Shown: positions 1 through 10,578, counted from the stretch's first letter. The stretch: DNA of 64,000 bases from Thermodesulfobacteriota bacterium (GCA_965208155.1 OZ242322.1:1153732-1217731); one strand, 5' to 3'. A program made the numbers and translations. Notes: generated from the letters alone by a model not told the origin.

Positions 1-2
1 CT

Positions 3-584
3 TTGGAACCTCATTCCCGAGCTGATAAGATACATGACTCCCGGGCTACTCTCGAAGGTCAGTTGCGCGAGTGCTTCGGGCGTGTTGTATACTCCCACAA
101 GACCCATGAAAAATGCGCCGACATCCTGCTATCGCGACTTGCATGGATTAAGTTGTTGCAGATTGCCCTCTCGGCCATAACAACTGGCGGTTGTATCGCC
201 ATCGCGTTTGGTGCGGGCAACACCGGTATCCTGATTAGCGTTATAGTATCAACACTATTGCTCGCATTGAACATGTACACCAAAGATTACAATTTAGGTG
301 AACTTTCTGAGAAACACCGCCAAGTAGGAGCAGACCTCTGGATAATACGAGAGAAGCACCTTTCCCTTATCACGGATTTGCGGATGGGAAATAAGCCTGT
401 TGAAAAATTGCAAGCAGACCGAGACAGGCTGCTTGACGAACTACATGCCATCTATTCAGCAGCTCCGAGCACAACTCATAAAGCATACAAGAAGGCTCAA
501 AAAGCACTCAAGCAATCTGAAGACATGACATTCTCCGATGAAGAAATTGATGCTTTTCTGCCGAATGAACTTAAGAAAAATTGA
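3..584 (+). CDS. 2-TM membrane protein, SLATT-like (possible CBASS/SMODS-associated effector-type fold); 5' end cut by the window edge, so the true start is unknown
   Basis: The ORF is open from the window edge. Two adjacent hydrophobic helices (LAWIKLLQIALSAITTGGCIAIAF / GILISVIVSTLLLALNMY) are followed by a ~100-aa charged helical tail. The TTG at position 3 is probably not the real start. Confidence 0.45.
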   Translation: MEPHSRADKIHDSRATLEGQLRECFGRVVYSHKTHEKCADILLSRLAWIKLLQIALSAITTGGCIAIAFGAGNTGILISVIVSTLLLALNMYTKDYNLGELSEKHRQVGADLWIIREKHLSLITDLRMGNKPVEKLQADRDRLLDELHAIYSAAPSTTHKAYKKAQKALKQSEDMTFSDEEIDAFLPNELKKN

Positions 585-639
585 TCGTTTCGCAATGATG
601 GAAACAATCTACCGATAAGATCACTGTGGAGGTAAAATC

Positions 640-891
640 ATGAGACAAGAATTTGAGAAAATAGGGGCGGAGGAAGTTAAGTATTTCATTCTTTCTCTCT
701 CGTTTGAAGACTCAGACACATACTACTATTTCAAAGAAGGATTTACTCGTGGCAGAGGCCACACGTCTTTGCTTACCGAGAGTGAATGCTCAAAGATCAA
801 GGCGAAGCTTGAGGAGAAAATGCCCGAGTGCAATATTCAGTGTAACCACAAGGCAAATATATTGAAGTTTCCTCAAAGCTTTTGGAAATGA
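640..891 (+). CDS. Hypothetical small protein (83 aa)
   Basis: ATG preceded by a GGAGGT RBS at ~8 nt. No recognisable motif. Confidence 0.35.
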   Translation: MRQEFEKIGAEEVKYFILSLSFEDSDTYYYFKEGFTRGRGHTSLLTESECSKIKAKLEEKMPECNIQCNHKANILKFPQSFWK

Positions 892-908
892 TTAGGGGGG
901 AGATAAAA

Positions 909-1099
909 ATGAAGAACAGCAGCGATAATGAAAAAGTGGTAACGGATAAGAAGAAAGAAGACCAGCTTTCCTCCACGAAGCGGCATGAAGTCAAAAAACC
1001 TGTCGGAGAATTACTGAAAAGCGCGGGAGAGAAGAATTGGGATGAAGAAGGCCAAATAGGAACCAGTAAAGATTCTGTACCCGTGGCCGAACAAGCGGT
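909..1099 (+). pseudogene. Probable N-terminal fragment, in a different frame, of the downstream AlbA_2-type regulator gene
   Basis: ATG at 909 has a strong GGGGGAG RBS. The encoded ...GELLKSAGEKNWDEEGQIG...VAEQAVCLQA resembles the N-terminal EfK / AFAN strand of AlbA_2 domains. The frame is lost before reaching the body of the gene. Confidence 0.35.
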
Positions 1100-2443
1100 T
1101 TGCCTTCAGGCACCTTGGATAAGAGCCGTATGCGTCAGGGCACATGTACGGATTTGTGCGGGGGCGACAGGATGGTTCTCGTCATCTGGGTTCCAGGAGG
1201 AGAGACGAGACCTTACAAGGCCAGAACCGCTCTTTCCGGCAAATCTTCCGAATGGGCTTGGTACATAAGGAAGCAGTTAAGCACCGTGCGTGCCGGGGCC
1301 GCCGACGAACGGGAGCTTCTGAGCCTCGCTGCCACAGTGCCTTTCGATGACCGTTACAACCAGAGATCCTCGATAGATGATTTGTCACTGAAGCTGATTG
1401 AGGAATTTCTCGCTGAGGTAAGAAGCAGTCTCGGGGATCAGGCCGCCGGAGTTACCATGGAGGCCCTTGGGCGGCGGATGAATATTGTGGGCGGTCCGCC
1501 CGAATCCGTTTTCCCGAAGAATATAGGGTTGATGTTCTTCAACGACCACCCCGGGTCTTTTTTCCCTGCGACGCAGATTGACGTGGTCTGGTTTCCCAAC
1601 GGACCCGGCGGCGACCGTTTTGAAGAGAAGATCTTTGAAGGCCCCTTGCCGAAGATGATCCGAAGCGCCCTGGAATACATCCAGCGCGGCTACCTGAAAG
1701 AGACAGTCGTCAAGCACCCGCAGCGCGCCGAGGCCGACCGCTTCTGGAACTACCCGTACGCAGCCGTTGAAGAGGCGGTCGTAAACGCCGTTTATCACAG
1801 ATCCTACGAGATCAGGGAACCCGTGGAAGTGCGGATAACCCCTGAGGAACTGAGCGTGTTGAGTTACCCGGGCCCCGACGGGTCAGTCATAATCGAGGAT
1901 CTGAGAGTCGGCAGGGCGGTAAGCCGTCGCTACCGCAACCGCAGGATCGGAGAGTTTCTGAAAGAATTGAATCTTGCCGAAGGTCGCTCCACCGGCATTC
2001 CCAAGATTCTTAAGGCCATGAGCGAAAACGGGTCTCCCGCCCCTGTTTTCGAAATCGACGGGGAACGAAGCTACTTTTTAACCCGTCTTCCTTCGCATAC
2101 TTATGCTCCCGGGAGAACCGAGAAGACATCCGAGAAGCGCGCGGCCCATAACGGGGCCCATGACGAGGCCCATGACGCCTCCGCCGTGAACCTGAGCGGC
2201 ACGGAACGCCGGATATTGATTGCCTGTGGGGAAGGCCCGCAAAAGGCATCCGAACTTCTCAGGGCTCTTGGCTACGAATCCCGCACTGGCAATTTCAAAA
2301 GGTCTCTGGGTCGTCTTCTGGATTCGCGGATACTGGAAAAAACTCTGGGAAGCGCGCCGAGGAGCAGGAATCAGAAATACAGGCTGACGGAGCGGGGCCG
2401 GGCCATCGCGTCGGATCTGGGTGCCGGGGATATCGAGACATAA
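1100..2443 (+). CDS. AlbA_2 (divergent AAA / Schlafen-like) putative transcriptional regulator with C-terminal winged-helix HTH (RecG-C-terminal-like family). The N-terminal domain appears truncated or frameshifted.
   Basis: MVLVIWVPGGETRPYKAR...AWYIRKQ matches the second half of AlbA_2. The central HATPase_c_4-like region and C-terminal ...GTERRILIACGEGPQKASELLRALGYESRTGNFKRSLGRLL wHTH are typical of this family. The N-terminal ~60 aa of the domain are missing from this frame. Confidence 0.6.
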   Translation: MPSGTLDKSRMRQGTCTDLCGGDRMVLVIWVPGGETRPYKARTALSGKSSEWAWYIRKQLSTVRAGAADERELLSLAATVPFDDRYNQRSSIDDLSLKLIEEFLAEVRSSLGDQAAGVTMEALGRRMNIVGGPPESVFPKNIGLMFFNDHPGSFFPATQIDVVWFPNGPGGDRFEEKIFEGPLPKMIRSALEYIQRGYLKETVVKHPQRAEADRFWNYPYAAVEEAVVNAVYHRSYEIREPVEVRITPEELSVLSYPGPDGSVIIEDLRVGRAVSRRYRNRRIGEFLKELNLAEGRSTGIPKILKAMSENGSPAPVFEIDGERSYFLTRLPSHTYAPGRTEKTSEKRAAHNGAHDEAHDASAVNLSGTERRILIACGEGPQKASELLRALGYESRTGNFKRSLGRLLDSRILEKTLGSAPRSRNQKYRLTERGRAIASDLGAGDIET

Positions 2444-2497
2444 GTTCCGAGAGCGAGTGTCGCCGCCTCGGCACCTGTTCTGGATTTCTCCGCGTTC

Positions 2498-2839
2498 TCA
2501 GGGTACTGGTTTTTCCGTATGCCGCCCGCCGGATACGAGCACTACGTGGTCTTTTTCTATTTCCCTGTGAAAATTTTCCGGTAAGCGCGTCCAGTCTCGG
2601 GCTTCCACCAGAAAGGGAATGTTTGACTCCCGAAACGCCTCTGAAAGCGCCTTCAGCCGGTCGGCTTCAATCCGCCGCAGCCCGGGCGCGCGCAACGCCA
2701 GGTCCAGGTCACTTCCCCCATGGCTTCGGCCATGAATACGGCTGCCGTAAACCCAGGCCTCGACTTCGGGCAGGTGGCGGCGCAGCAACGATTCGATCAT
2801 CTTGCGATGTCTTGAAGATAAGCTCAGTCTTTCAGCCAT
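2498..2839 (-). CDS. Minimal nucleotidyltransferase (MNT / HI0073 family) – antitoxin-like partner of the HEPN protein
   Basis: GSRIHGRSHGGSDLDL is the GS...DxD polymerase-beta-type NTase motif. 113 aa. Overlaps the upstream HEPN gene by 8 nt. Confidence 0.8.
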   Translation of the reverse strand: MAERLSLSSRHRKMIESLLRRHLPEVEAWVYGSRIHGRSHGGSDLDLALRAPGLRRIEADRLKALSEAFRESNIPFLVEARDWTRLPENFHREIEKDHVVLVSGGRHTEKPVP

Positions 2840-3254
2840 CGTCTGTTCCTTCTATTACGTCTGCCAGCGCTTTGGCATCTGCCGTAAAATCCGGAAGCAG
2901 CCTGATTGTGCTCTCGGCGAAACTTTTTCCGTAGCCGTGTGCCGTGTCGTTACGATTGTCGCGGTATAAAAGCCAGCGCTCGCAGGTGTCGGAGTCAATG
3001 AGACCGTGCTTGGCGGCGTAGCGGAAAATATCCTTGAAAACCAGCCGGTCCGCCTGACGGTTATCGGCGAAATAGGGGCCCAGAACTTTTCTCAGCAGTT
3101 TGCCGCTTTGCTCAAGAATAATTTCGAACTCTTTTACGCAGGCTGCGCGGTAGACGTCATAGGCAATTTCATCCGGGTCTCTGCGTTCAAGCTCTTTTAA
3201 GCAGTGTTCAAGAGTGTCAAGGCAGCGCCTGAGAAATTCCGTATTGATGCTCAT
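2832..3254 (-). CDS. HEPN-domain protein, nucleotidyltransferase substrate-binding HI0074 family (toxin-like partner)
   Basis: R-x4-HxY HEPN motif (RNDTAHGY). 140 aa. Translationally coupled to the MNT gene. Confidence 0.8.
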   Translation of the reverse strand: MSINTEFLRRCLDTLEHCLKELERRDPDEIAYDVYRAACVKEFEIILEQSGKLLRKVLGPYFADNRQADRLVFKDIFRYAAKHGLIDSDTCERWLLYRDNRNDTAHGYGKSFAESTIRLLPDFTADAKALADVIEGTDDG

Positions 3255-3525
3255 GGTTTTTGCGGCCTTCAGACCCGACCTCCTTCAGCCTTTTGGGGAA
3301 ATTCCTGTCTCTGGAAAATACCCCAAAAGAGCCGGGAAGGCAATTGAGCATGTGGGTGTTGGGTCCATTTGATTAATCCCTTGAGCGTTCGTTTTTGTCG
3401 GACTTTCTGTGTTTTTTTCAAGCTTGGGTCTTGTGTATGGAGCGAACAAGCAAAAACTGCGTCCCCTCGGACTTGAAACCCGCATGTTTAGTGATTACAA
3501 CATACTTACGCAAAGGAGCAAGCGC

Positions 3526-3815
3526 ATGAAGATCAAACTTATATCTATTGGCAGCTCGAAGAGAATTCGTATCCCTTCGTCGGTTATCGGCAGTGCGGGC
3601 TCGGCAGCGAACTGGAGATGTGCGTCGGGAACAAAGTAATCATGCTTGCGCCTGTGCAAAGTGTGCGCGAGGACTGGAGTGCTGCCTTTGAAAAAATGGC
3701 GACCGCAGGTGACGACGCGTTCCTGATGTGCTTGAAAATGATTTCGATGCCGAAGGCTGGACATGGTAGGGCAGACTGGGATGGCAGCTCTGTGTTGAAA
3801 AAAATGCCGATCTAA
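3526..3815 (+). pseudogene. MazE/PemI-type (AbrB/SpoVT fold) antitoxin gene carrying a frameshift near 3600; no cognate toxin gene follows
   Basis: MKIKLISIGSSKRIRIPSSVIGSAG... (frame 1) continues in frame 0 as ...ELEMCVGNKVIMLAPVQSVREDWSAAFEKMATAGDDAFL, the typical MazE swapped-hairpin and C-terminal tail. AT-rich non-coding DNA lies downstream. Confidence 0.55.
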
Positions 3816-3887
3816 TCCTGTAAAAATTGGCCCTTTTCCCGGTTTCAGGTAGATATACCTCTTGTGTGAGGAAAGTATGTTATTCAA

Positions 3888-6027
3888 GTTGAACCTGAAT
3901 TCCCAACTATAGGGAGTGAAGTTACATCCAAGATAAGTTTCATTCCGTATTTCTGTGTTTTTTCGCAGTAAGTCAAGCAGATTTGTCATTATTATAGTTA
4001 ACTTATAAACACTTTACCACTTATTTACAGCAACCCACCCACCCAAAACTCAATTCAGCAGTACTGCTCTCCAACTTCTCATATGCCATCCCTATATCAG
4101 ATTAACCCACTGCAAGTAAACCATTTAACTCACCTTATCCTCCAACCCCAACAAATATTGCTTGACAATGACGAACATACAGAATATAGTATTAGCTATA
4201 GTGATAGTGTGTTTATCTATTTACTATCTGCAATGACATCACCGCACGCAAAAAGATTCCTGGAACCAACAAATCCAGCAAAAACGTTATGAAGCCCTGC
4301 GCGCATACCACGTAGACGGATTGTCGTCAGCTGAAGTGGCCATACGTTTCGGATACTCCCATGGAACGGTCCGTAACATCTGTTCGGAATTTGCGAACAG
4401 CGATGATCCGGATTTCTTTTTGCCCAAACCGCGCAAACGCAAAGCCACACGCAAAGAAGACGAATCCCTCAAACGCAAGGAGAGGATAGTGGAGTTGCGC
4501 AAATCAGGCCGTCTTTCTATCTATGACATCATCAATGTTTTGAAGAAGAAAGGTGTTTCTGTGAGTTCGGCCTATGTTCACGGTGTGCTTAAAGGGGCGG
4601 GGGTACAGAAGCTTGCGCGAAGGTCCCTGGATGAGAGGCTGGACATTGTACGGGCACATAAAGCGGCTACGTCTGACCGAAGGGTGCTGAATCTGGGTTC
4701 CCGGACGTTTCGTACCGAGTTTGCTGGGTTGTTTCTGTTTGCCCATGATCTTGGGAGAGCAGACATTGACGGGATAGTGGAGCGAAGCGGCATGCCTGGG
4801 AGCGGGATGATACCGGCGGGGTGCGCGTTTCGTTCCCTGCTTGCTTTGAAGCTATGGGGGATAGGAAGACCTTCACGGATAATGGCAGAGACTCTTGATG
4901 AGGGGTTAGGGCTGTTCTGTGGTCTTAACGTAATACCGAAGCGAAGCACTCTTACGGAGTATTCATGCAGGATTGATCCGAGGATGAATCCCGGGCTTAT
5001 GGACAGGTGGTATAAAGTGGTACGCGGTCTTGGAGTCAATCTTGGAGGGGAGGAATCGTTTGATCTTGATTTCCACGCTATTCCCTATCACGGGGACGCG
5101 GCGTTGGTAGAACGCCACTATGTATCGAAGAGGAGCAGGCGTCAGAAGGGGATACTGGCGTTTGTAGCGAGGGATGCTGACGCGAGGATGTTTGCCTGGG
5201 CCAACACTGATATACGCAAGAAGGGGGCAAGCGATGAGATACTGCGGTTCATAGAGGGGTGGGAGAAGCGTACGGGGCGCAAGCCCAGGGAGCTTGTGTT
5301 TGACAGTGGTTTTACCACGTATGCCAATCTGGGGAGGCTTGAGGAGATGGGGATAAGGTTTCTGACATTACGAAGAAGGTCTGAGAAGATGGTGTCTGTG
5401 TTGGCTTCAAAGCCGTCTTCTGAGTGGAAGAAGATAAGGCTCAGCAATGTGGGCAGGGAGTACAGGACCCCTAAGATATATGAGCAGAGGGTTAAGCTCA
5501 GGGATTATCCCGGGGATATACGACAGATAGCAATAAAGGATCTTGGACGCAGGAAGCCGGTGCTGCTTCTGACCAATCAGATGGAGGAGAATGCGGCGAA
5601 GCTTATAGACCGTTACGCGAGGCGAATGATAATAGAGAATACGATAGCGGACGCTATAGACTTTTTTCACATGGACGCGCTTTCTGCGGCTGTGGCTATG
5701 AAGGTTAATGTGGACGCACAGCTTACGGTGATGGCCAGTGGGTTGTACAGGGTATTGGGGAAGCGAGTGGGTGATGGGTATGATGTAGCGAAGGCGAGTA
5801 CTATATTCCGGGATCTTGTGAGGGCAAGTGGAAAAGTAGAGGTAAAGGGGGATGAGATAATAGTGAGTCTTGGACGCCGTGCGAACAATCCGCTGCTCAT
5901 AGCTGCTGGCTATGGGGAGATGGAAGAACGAATCCCCTGGCTTGATAATCGTGTTCTCAAGATAAGGTTCTTCTGACCCCCCTCAAAGTGTCATGTCAAT
6001 TCCTGCAGTTGGGAATTCAGGTTGAAC
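3888..6027. mobile_element. Insertion sequence, IS4-superfamily (IS1634-like?), ~2.14 kb, single transposase gene, 21/22-bp terminal inverted repeats
   Basis: Left end GTTGAACCTGAATTCCCAACT (3888-3908). Right end reverse-complement is GTTCAACCTGAATTCCCAACT (6007-6027), one mismatch. The IRs flank a 551-aa DDE transposase. No flanking direct repeat is visible. Confidence 0.65.
4321..5976 (+). CDS. DDE transposase of the IS (N-terminal HTH; C-terminal Y-x2-R-x3-E signature, RYARRMIIEN)
   Basis: 551-aa ORF between the IRs. HTH-like segment LSSAEVAIRFGYSHGTVRNI. The start is ambiguous: TTG at 4321 with an open frame upstream, and a short ATG ORF at 4233 in the neighbouring frame (MTSPHAKRFLEPTNPAKTL) ending at an A5 run. 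Confidence 0.75.
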   Translation: MSSAEVAIRFGYSHGTVRNICSEFANSDDPDFFLPKPRKRKATRKEDESLKRKERIVELRKSGRLSIYDIINVLKKKGVSVSSAYVHGVLKGAGVQKLARRSLDERLDIVRAHKAATSDRRVLNLGSRTFRTEFAGLFLFAHDLGRADIDGIVERSGMPGSGMIPAGCAFRSLLALKLWGIGRPSRIMAETLDEGLGLFCGLNVIPKRSTLTEYSCRIDPRMNPGLMDRWYKVVRGLGVNLGGEESFDLDFHAIPYHGDAALVERHYVSKRSRRQKGILAFVARDADARMFAWANTDIRKKGASDEILRFIEGWEKRTGRKPRELVFDSGFTTYANLGRLEEMGIRFLTLRRRSEKMVSVLASKPSSEWKKIRLSNVGREYRTPKIYEQRVKLRDYPGDIRQIAIKDLGRRKPVLLLTNQMEENAAKLIDRYARRMIIENTIADAIDFFHMDALSAAVAMKVNVDAQLTVMASGLYRVLGKRVGDGYDVAKASTIFRDLVRASGKVEVKGDEIIVSLGRRANNPLLIAAGYGEMEERIPWLDNRVLKIRFF

Positions 6028-7416
6028 ATAGAGAATTTTGGCAGACTAGCCGAAGCGGAAATCCGTATCGGGCAATTCACGGTTTTCTCCGGACCTAACA
6101 ATACGGGAAAAAGTTTTGTCTCAAAGCTTTTGTACTCCCTGTTCGACGTGATGAATGCCGACCACGCCCGGATGTACTTCAACATGCTGTCCCGCCCCGT
6201 ACTCAATGGTCTTTTAGACTTGGGAAGTTCCAGTTTCGCCAAAGAGAACGAAGAATCACTTGCCAAGATGGATTCACTTATGGGCTTGATAGGCACCTTT
6301 TTTGAGCATGGATATTCACGCAATCTGGAAGAAAAATGGCCTGATATCAGTGCCTACGCAAGGGAACTGAAAACGGAGCATGTACAGCTTGAGAGAAACC
6401 TCGACAAATGGGCGCGGGAAGAAGGAGCTTTCGTGTCCGGCAAAATCCATAAGAAAACCTTGGAAAGAATGAAAGATGATATAGACCGCTTCTGCGGTGC
6501 ACTTAAGAACAACGCCAGGGAATTTGCCATGGACGGCATAAAAGAGAGGATCTCTCAAAACCTTGTCCGGAATTTTCAGACGGCCAACCTTTCAAACCTG
6601 AGAAAAGATCAAACCCGACCGGCTAGAATCGTTCTCGATAATGTTGGTGCGTTTACGATTGAAAACACCAGGTCGGTTGATTTCAGTATCAAGGATGAGG
6701 CGAGCTTTCACGGACTCCAGGAATACTCAAGAGTGATCTATCTGGAATCCCCTCTTTACTGGAAGCTGAAATCTGCACTGGAGGGGATCAAAATGGCTCC
6801 ACGCTTTCTTTATAGCGGGGGCAAGGACGCTTTAAGCGGAGTGCCTGGTTACTTCTACGATCTGGCTAGGGCGTTGAGAGTAGAATATACAGACGACGGT
6901 TGTCACAAGGGGTTTGTGAACCTCTACGAACGACTGATCTCAAAAGAAGTAATGGATGGAAAGCTTGTGGTTTCCGAGACTGGAGAGCTGCGGTTTGAAG
7001 ACAATAAACACGTTCTCCCTCTACCTTTACATCTTGTCGCGATGGGCGTTGTCAATATCGGTATTCTTGCTCTGCTCATCGAGCGTAGAATTATAGACGA
7101 GGGTTCTTTTCTTTTTATTGACGAGCCAGAGGCGCACCTTCACCCATCTTGGCATGTCAAGATCGCCAAAACGCTTTTTGATTTATCTCGGTTGGGCGTG
7201 AATGTTGTAATCGCAACCCACAGCGTGGACATACTTAAGTTTCTTGAGGTGGAAGTGAACAAAGACCCAGGAAACAAAGAACTTATAGCGCTTAACCGTT
7301 TTTCATCTGAAGGCATCGAAGGTGGTGGAGAAGGCTTCGACAGCAAACTTGATGCTATACAGGAAAACCTGACCGAGCCGTTTTCCGCTCTTTTCCTGGA
7401 GGACTTACAATCTTGA
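6022..7416 (+). CDS. ABC-type ATPase of the OLD / AAA_15-AAA_21 family (no fused Toprim domain)
   Basis: N-terminal IENFGRL...FSGPNNTGKS Walker A. C-terminal LFIDEPEAHLHP Walker B/D-loop and ATHS H-loop. The track's TTG start lies inside the IS right IR; the native start appears displaced by the IS. Confidence 0.8.
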   Translation: MNIENFGRLAEAEIRIGQFTVFSGPNNTGKSFVSKLLYSLFDVMNADHARMYFNMLSRPVLNGLLDLGSSSFAKENEESLAKMDSLMGLIGTFFEHGYSRNLEEKWPDISAYARELKTEHVQLERNLDKWAREEGAFVSGKIHKKTLERMKDDIDRFCGALKNNAREFAMDGIKERISQNLVRNFQTANLSNLRKDQTRPARIVLDNVGAFTIENTRSVDFSIKDEASFHGLQEYSRVIYLESPLYWKLKSALEGIKMAPRFLYSGGKDALSGVPGYFYDLARALRVEYTDDGCHKGFVNLYERLISKEVMDGKLVVSETGELRFEDNKHVLPLPLHLVAMGVVNIGILALLIERRIIDEGSFLFIDEPEAHLHPSWHVKIAKTLFDLSRLGVNVVIATHSVDILKFLEVEVNKDPGNKELIALNRFSSEGIEGGGEGFDSKLDAIQENLTEPFSALFLEDLQS

Positions 7417-7958
7417 CGTCGCTTGAAGGTTTCGCAGGACCCCTGAAGATCAGGAAGCTTGTGGGGGAGGAGGGCAAGACGTGCGAGTTTCCCGCAAAAG
7501 CCTACGCGGTTGATAAGCCCGCTCCCGGAAATCGAAAGACCCTCAAAGGTCAATACCAGATGGACAACGCTCATTCCTGCGATTATATACTCATTAATGA
7601 CAGCAATGTTTTATTGCTGGAAGACTCGAACCTCGGGGAAAAAAAGAAAGAATTGGAGAGAAAGTACTCTGGAGAATTGTCTATAAGAATCATTGGGAAA
7701 GAACAACTTTTAAAAGCTTACGCAAGCTTGCTGCTTTTATGCAAAATCGCATCTTCGGACAGAGCCGCTAGGAGGATGATAAAGGACAAGGCAGTTAATT
7801 TTTGTGTTGTATGGAATGATGTTAAGCTGACTGATTCCCGTGTGTTTTCTCAGGTGAAGCGACAAGTGGAAAAACCCTTGAAAGGGATCGTGTCAAAGGT
7901 TTTTGTCCTATCCCTGACAGAGTTAGAGAGTATAATCGCGGACTATCCAAAGCAATGA
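7413..7958 (+). CDS. Small (181 aa) partner protein of the ATPase, possibly Toprim-like / DUF4276-like
   Basis: Start overlaps the ATPase stop by 4 nt (GGAGGA RBS inside the ATPase 3' end). N-terminal KIRKLVGEEG and a later LLLEDSNLGEKKK acidic patch resemble the Glu / acidic-cluster layout of small Toprim-like partners of OLD-type ATPases. The domain assignment is tentative. Confidence 0.5.
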   Translation: MTSLEGFAGPLKIRKLVGEEGKTCEFPAKAYAVDKPAPGNRKTLKGQYQMDNAHSCDYILINDSNVLLLEDSNLGEKKKELERKYSGELSIRIIGKEQLLKAYASLLLLCKIASSDRAARRMIKDKAVNFCVVWNDVKLTDSRVFSQVKRQVEKPLKGIVSKVFVLSLTELESIIADYPKQ

Positions 7959-8463
7959 ACGACCTTGAATCTCTGCCTGGAAACCAAGCGAAACGATTCG
8001 GCAAGCGAGGTTCCACTCTCAGTGGTACTTGTTGAATCCTGATCGAATCAGTTCCAGAATCCGTGGATCATTGCTTTTTCTGTAAGAATGTAAGAAATGG
8101 GAGCGCTTAAGCAACACAACAGCTTCTTATGTCAAACTTAAAGTCCGCGATTATGCTCTTTCCCCCAAGGCTTATACTGTAAAAATTGCGGACTTCCTGC
8201 TGATAAACTGGGGTTTGTGTTATGAAAACCGCGGGGTCATTTGGTGAGGGACTCTGGACGGTTCCCTCTCGGAGCGATGTGGGCCTGATGCTCCGAGGCA
8301 CGGTCTCGACACGAGGTCTCCGAGGTCTGTGTTATGTCCGTCGGCTCATTCGGCTACGCGCGGGAGGAGCGACGAGGCCGTTTCAGCCAGCCCGCACAGG
8401 CGGTCTCGGGTTTTTTGTTTCTCCCTCATGGCTTCTTTGCGCTTCTTTTTTCCCTTTCCCCCC

Positions 8464-8521
8464 TTGACACCCCAAGAAACGTGCTTACTTTATAGTTGGC
8501 ACTTGGAAGACGCAAGTGCCA
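8464..8521 (+). promoter_or_regulatory. groESL promoter region with a CIRCE-like HrcA operator
   Basis: TTGACA at 8464-8469. Perfect inverted repeat TGGCACTTG-N7-CAAGTGCCA at 8497-8521, compared with the CIRCE consensus TTAGCACTC-N9-GAGTGCTAA. Lies ~35 nt upstream of groES. Confidence 0.5.
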
Positions 8522-8557
8522 GAGAGGCTTTAAAAAGTTAAAAAGGAGGTATTAGAG

Positions 8558-10508
<1,951 letters not shown>

Positions 10509-10540
10509 AATCCCCCCTGTACCTGGTAGAAACCACTAAG

Positions 10541-10578
10541 CGGGCACGGCGCACGGGCGTCCTGCCCGTTTTTTTTGC
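10541..10578 (+). terminator. Rho-independent terminator after groEL
   Basis: GC-rich hairpin CGGGCA...TGCCCG followed by T8. Confidence 0.5.

Noticed and set aside
882-1268. 128-aa ORF as an independent gene
   Set aside because: Its start/RBS and first ~60 residues look like the true N-terminus of the downstream AlbA_2 gene. The remainder is out-of-frame read-through, so it is treated as a fragment of a frameshifted gene.
4083-4292. 69-aa ORF upstream of the transposase as a separate IS gene
   Set aside because: Most of it is low-complexity translation of the AT-rich IS left end. Only its last ~19 codons (from ATG 4233) look meaningful, and those are better explained as the transposase N-terminus in a shifted frame.
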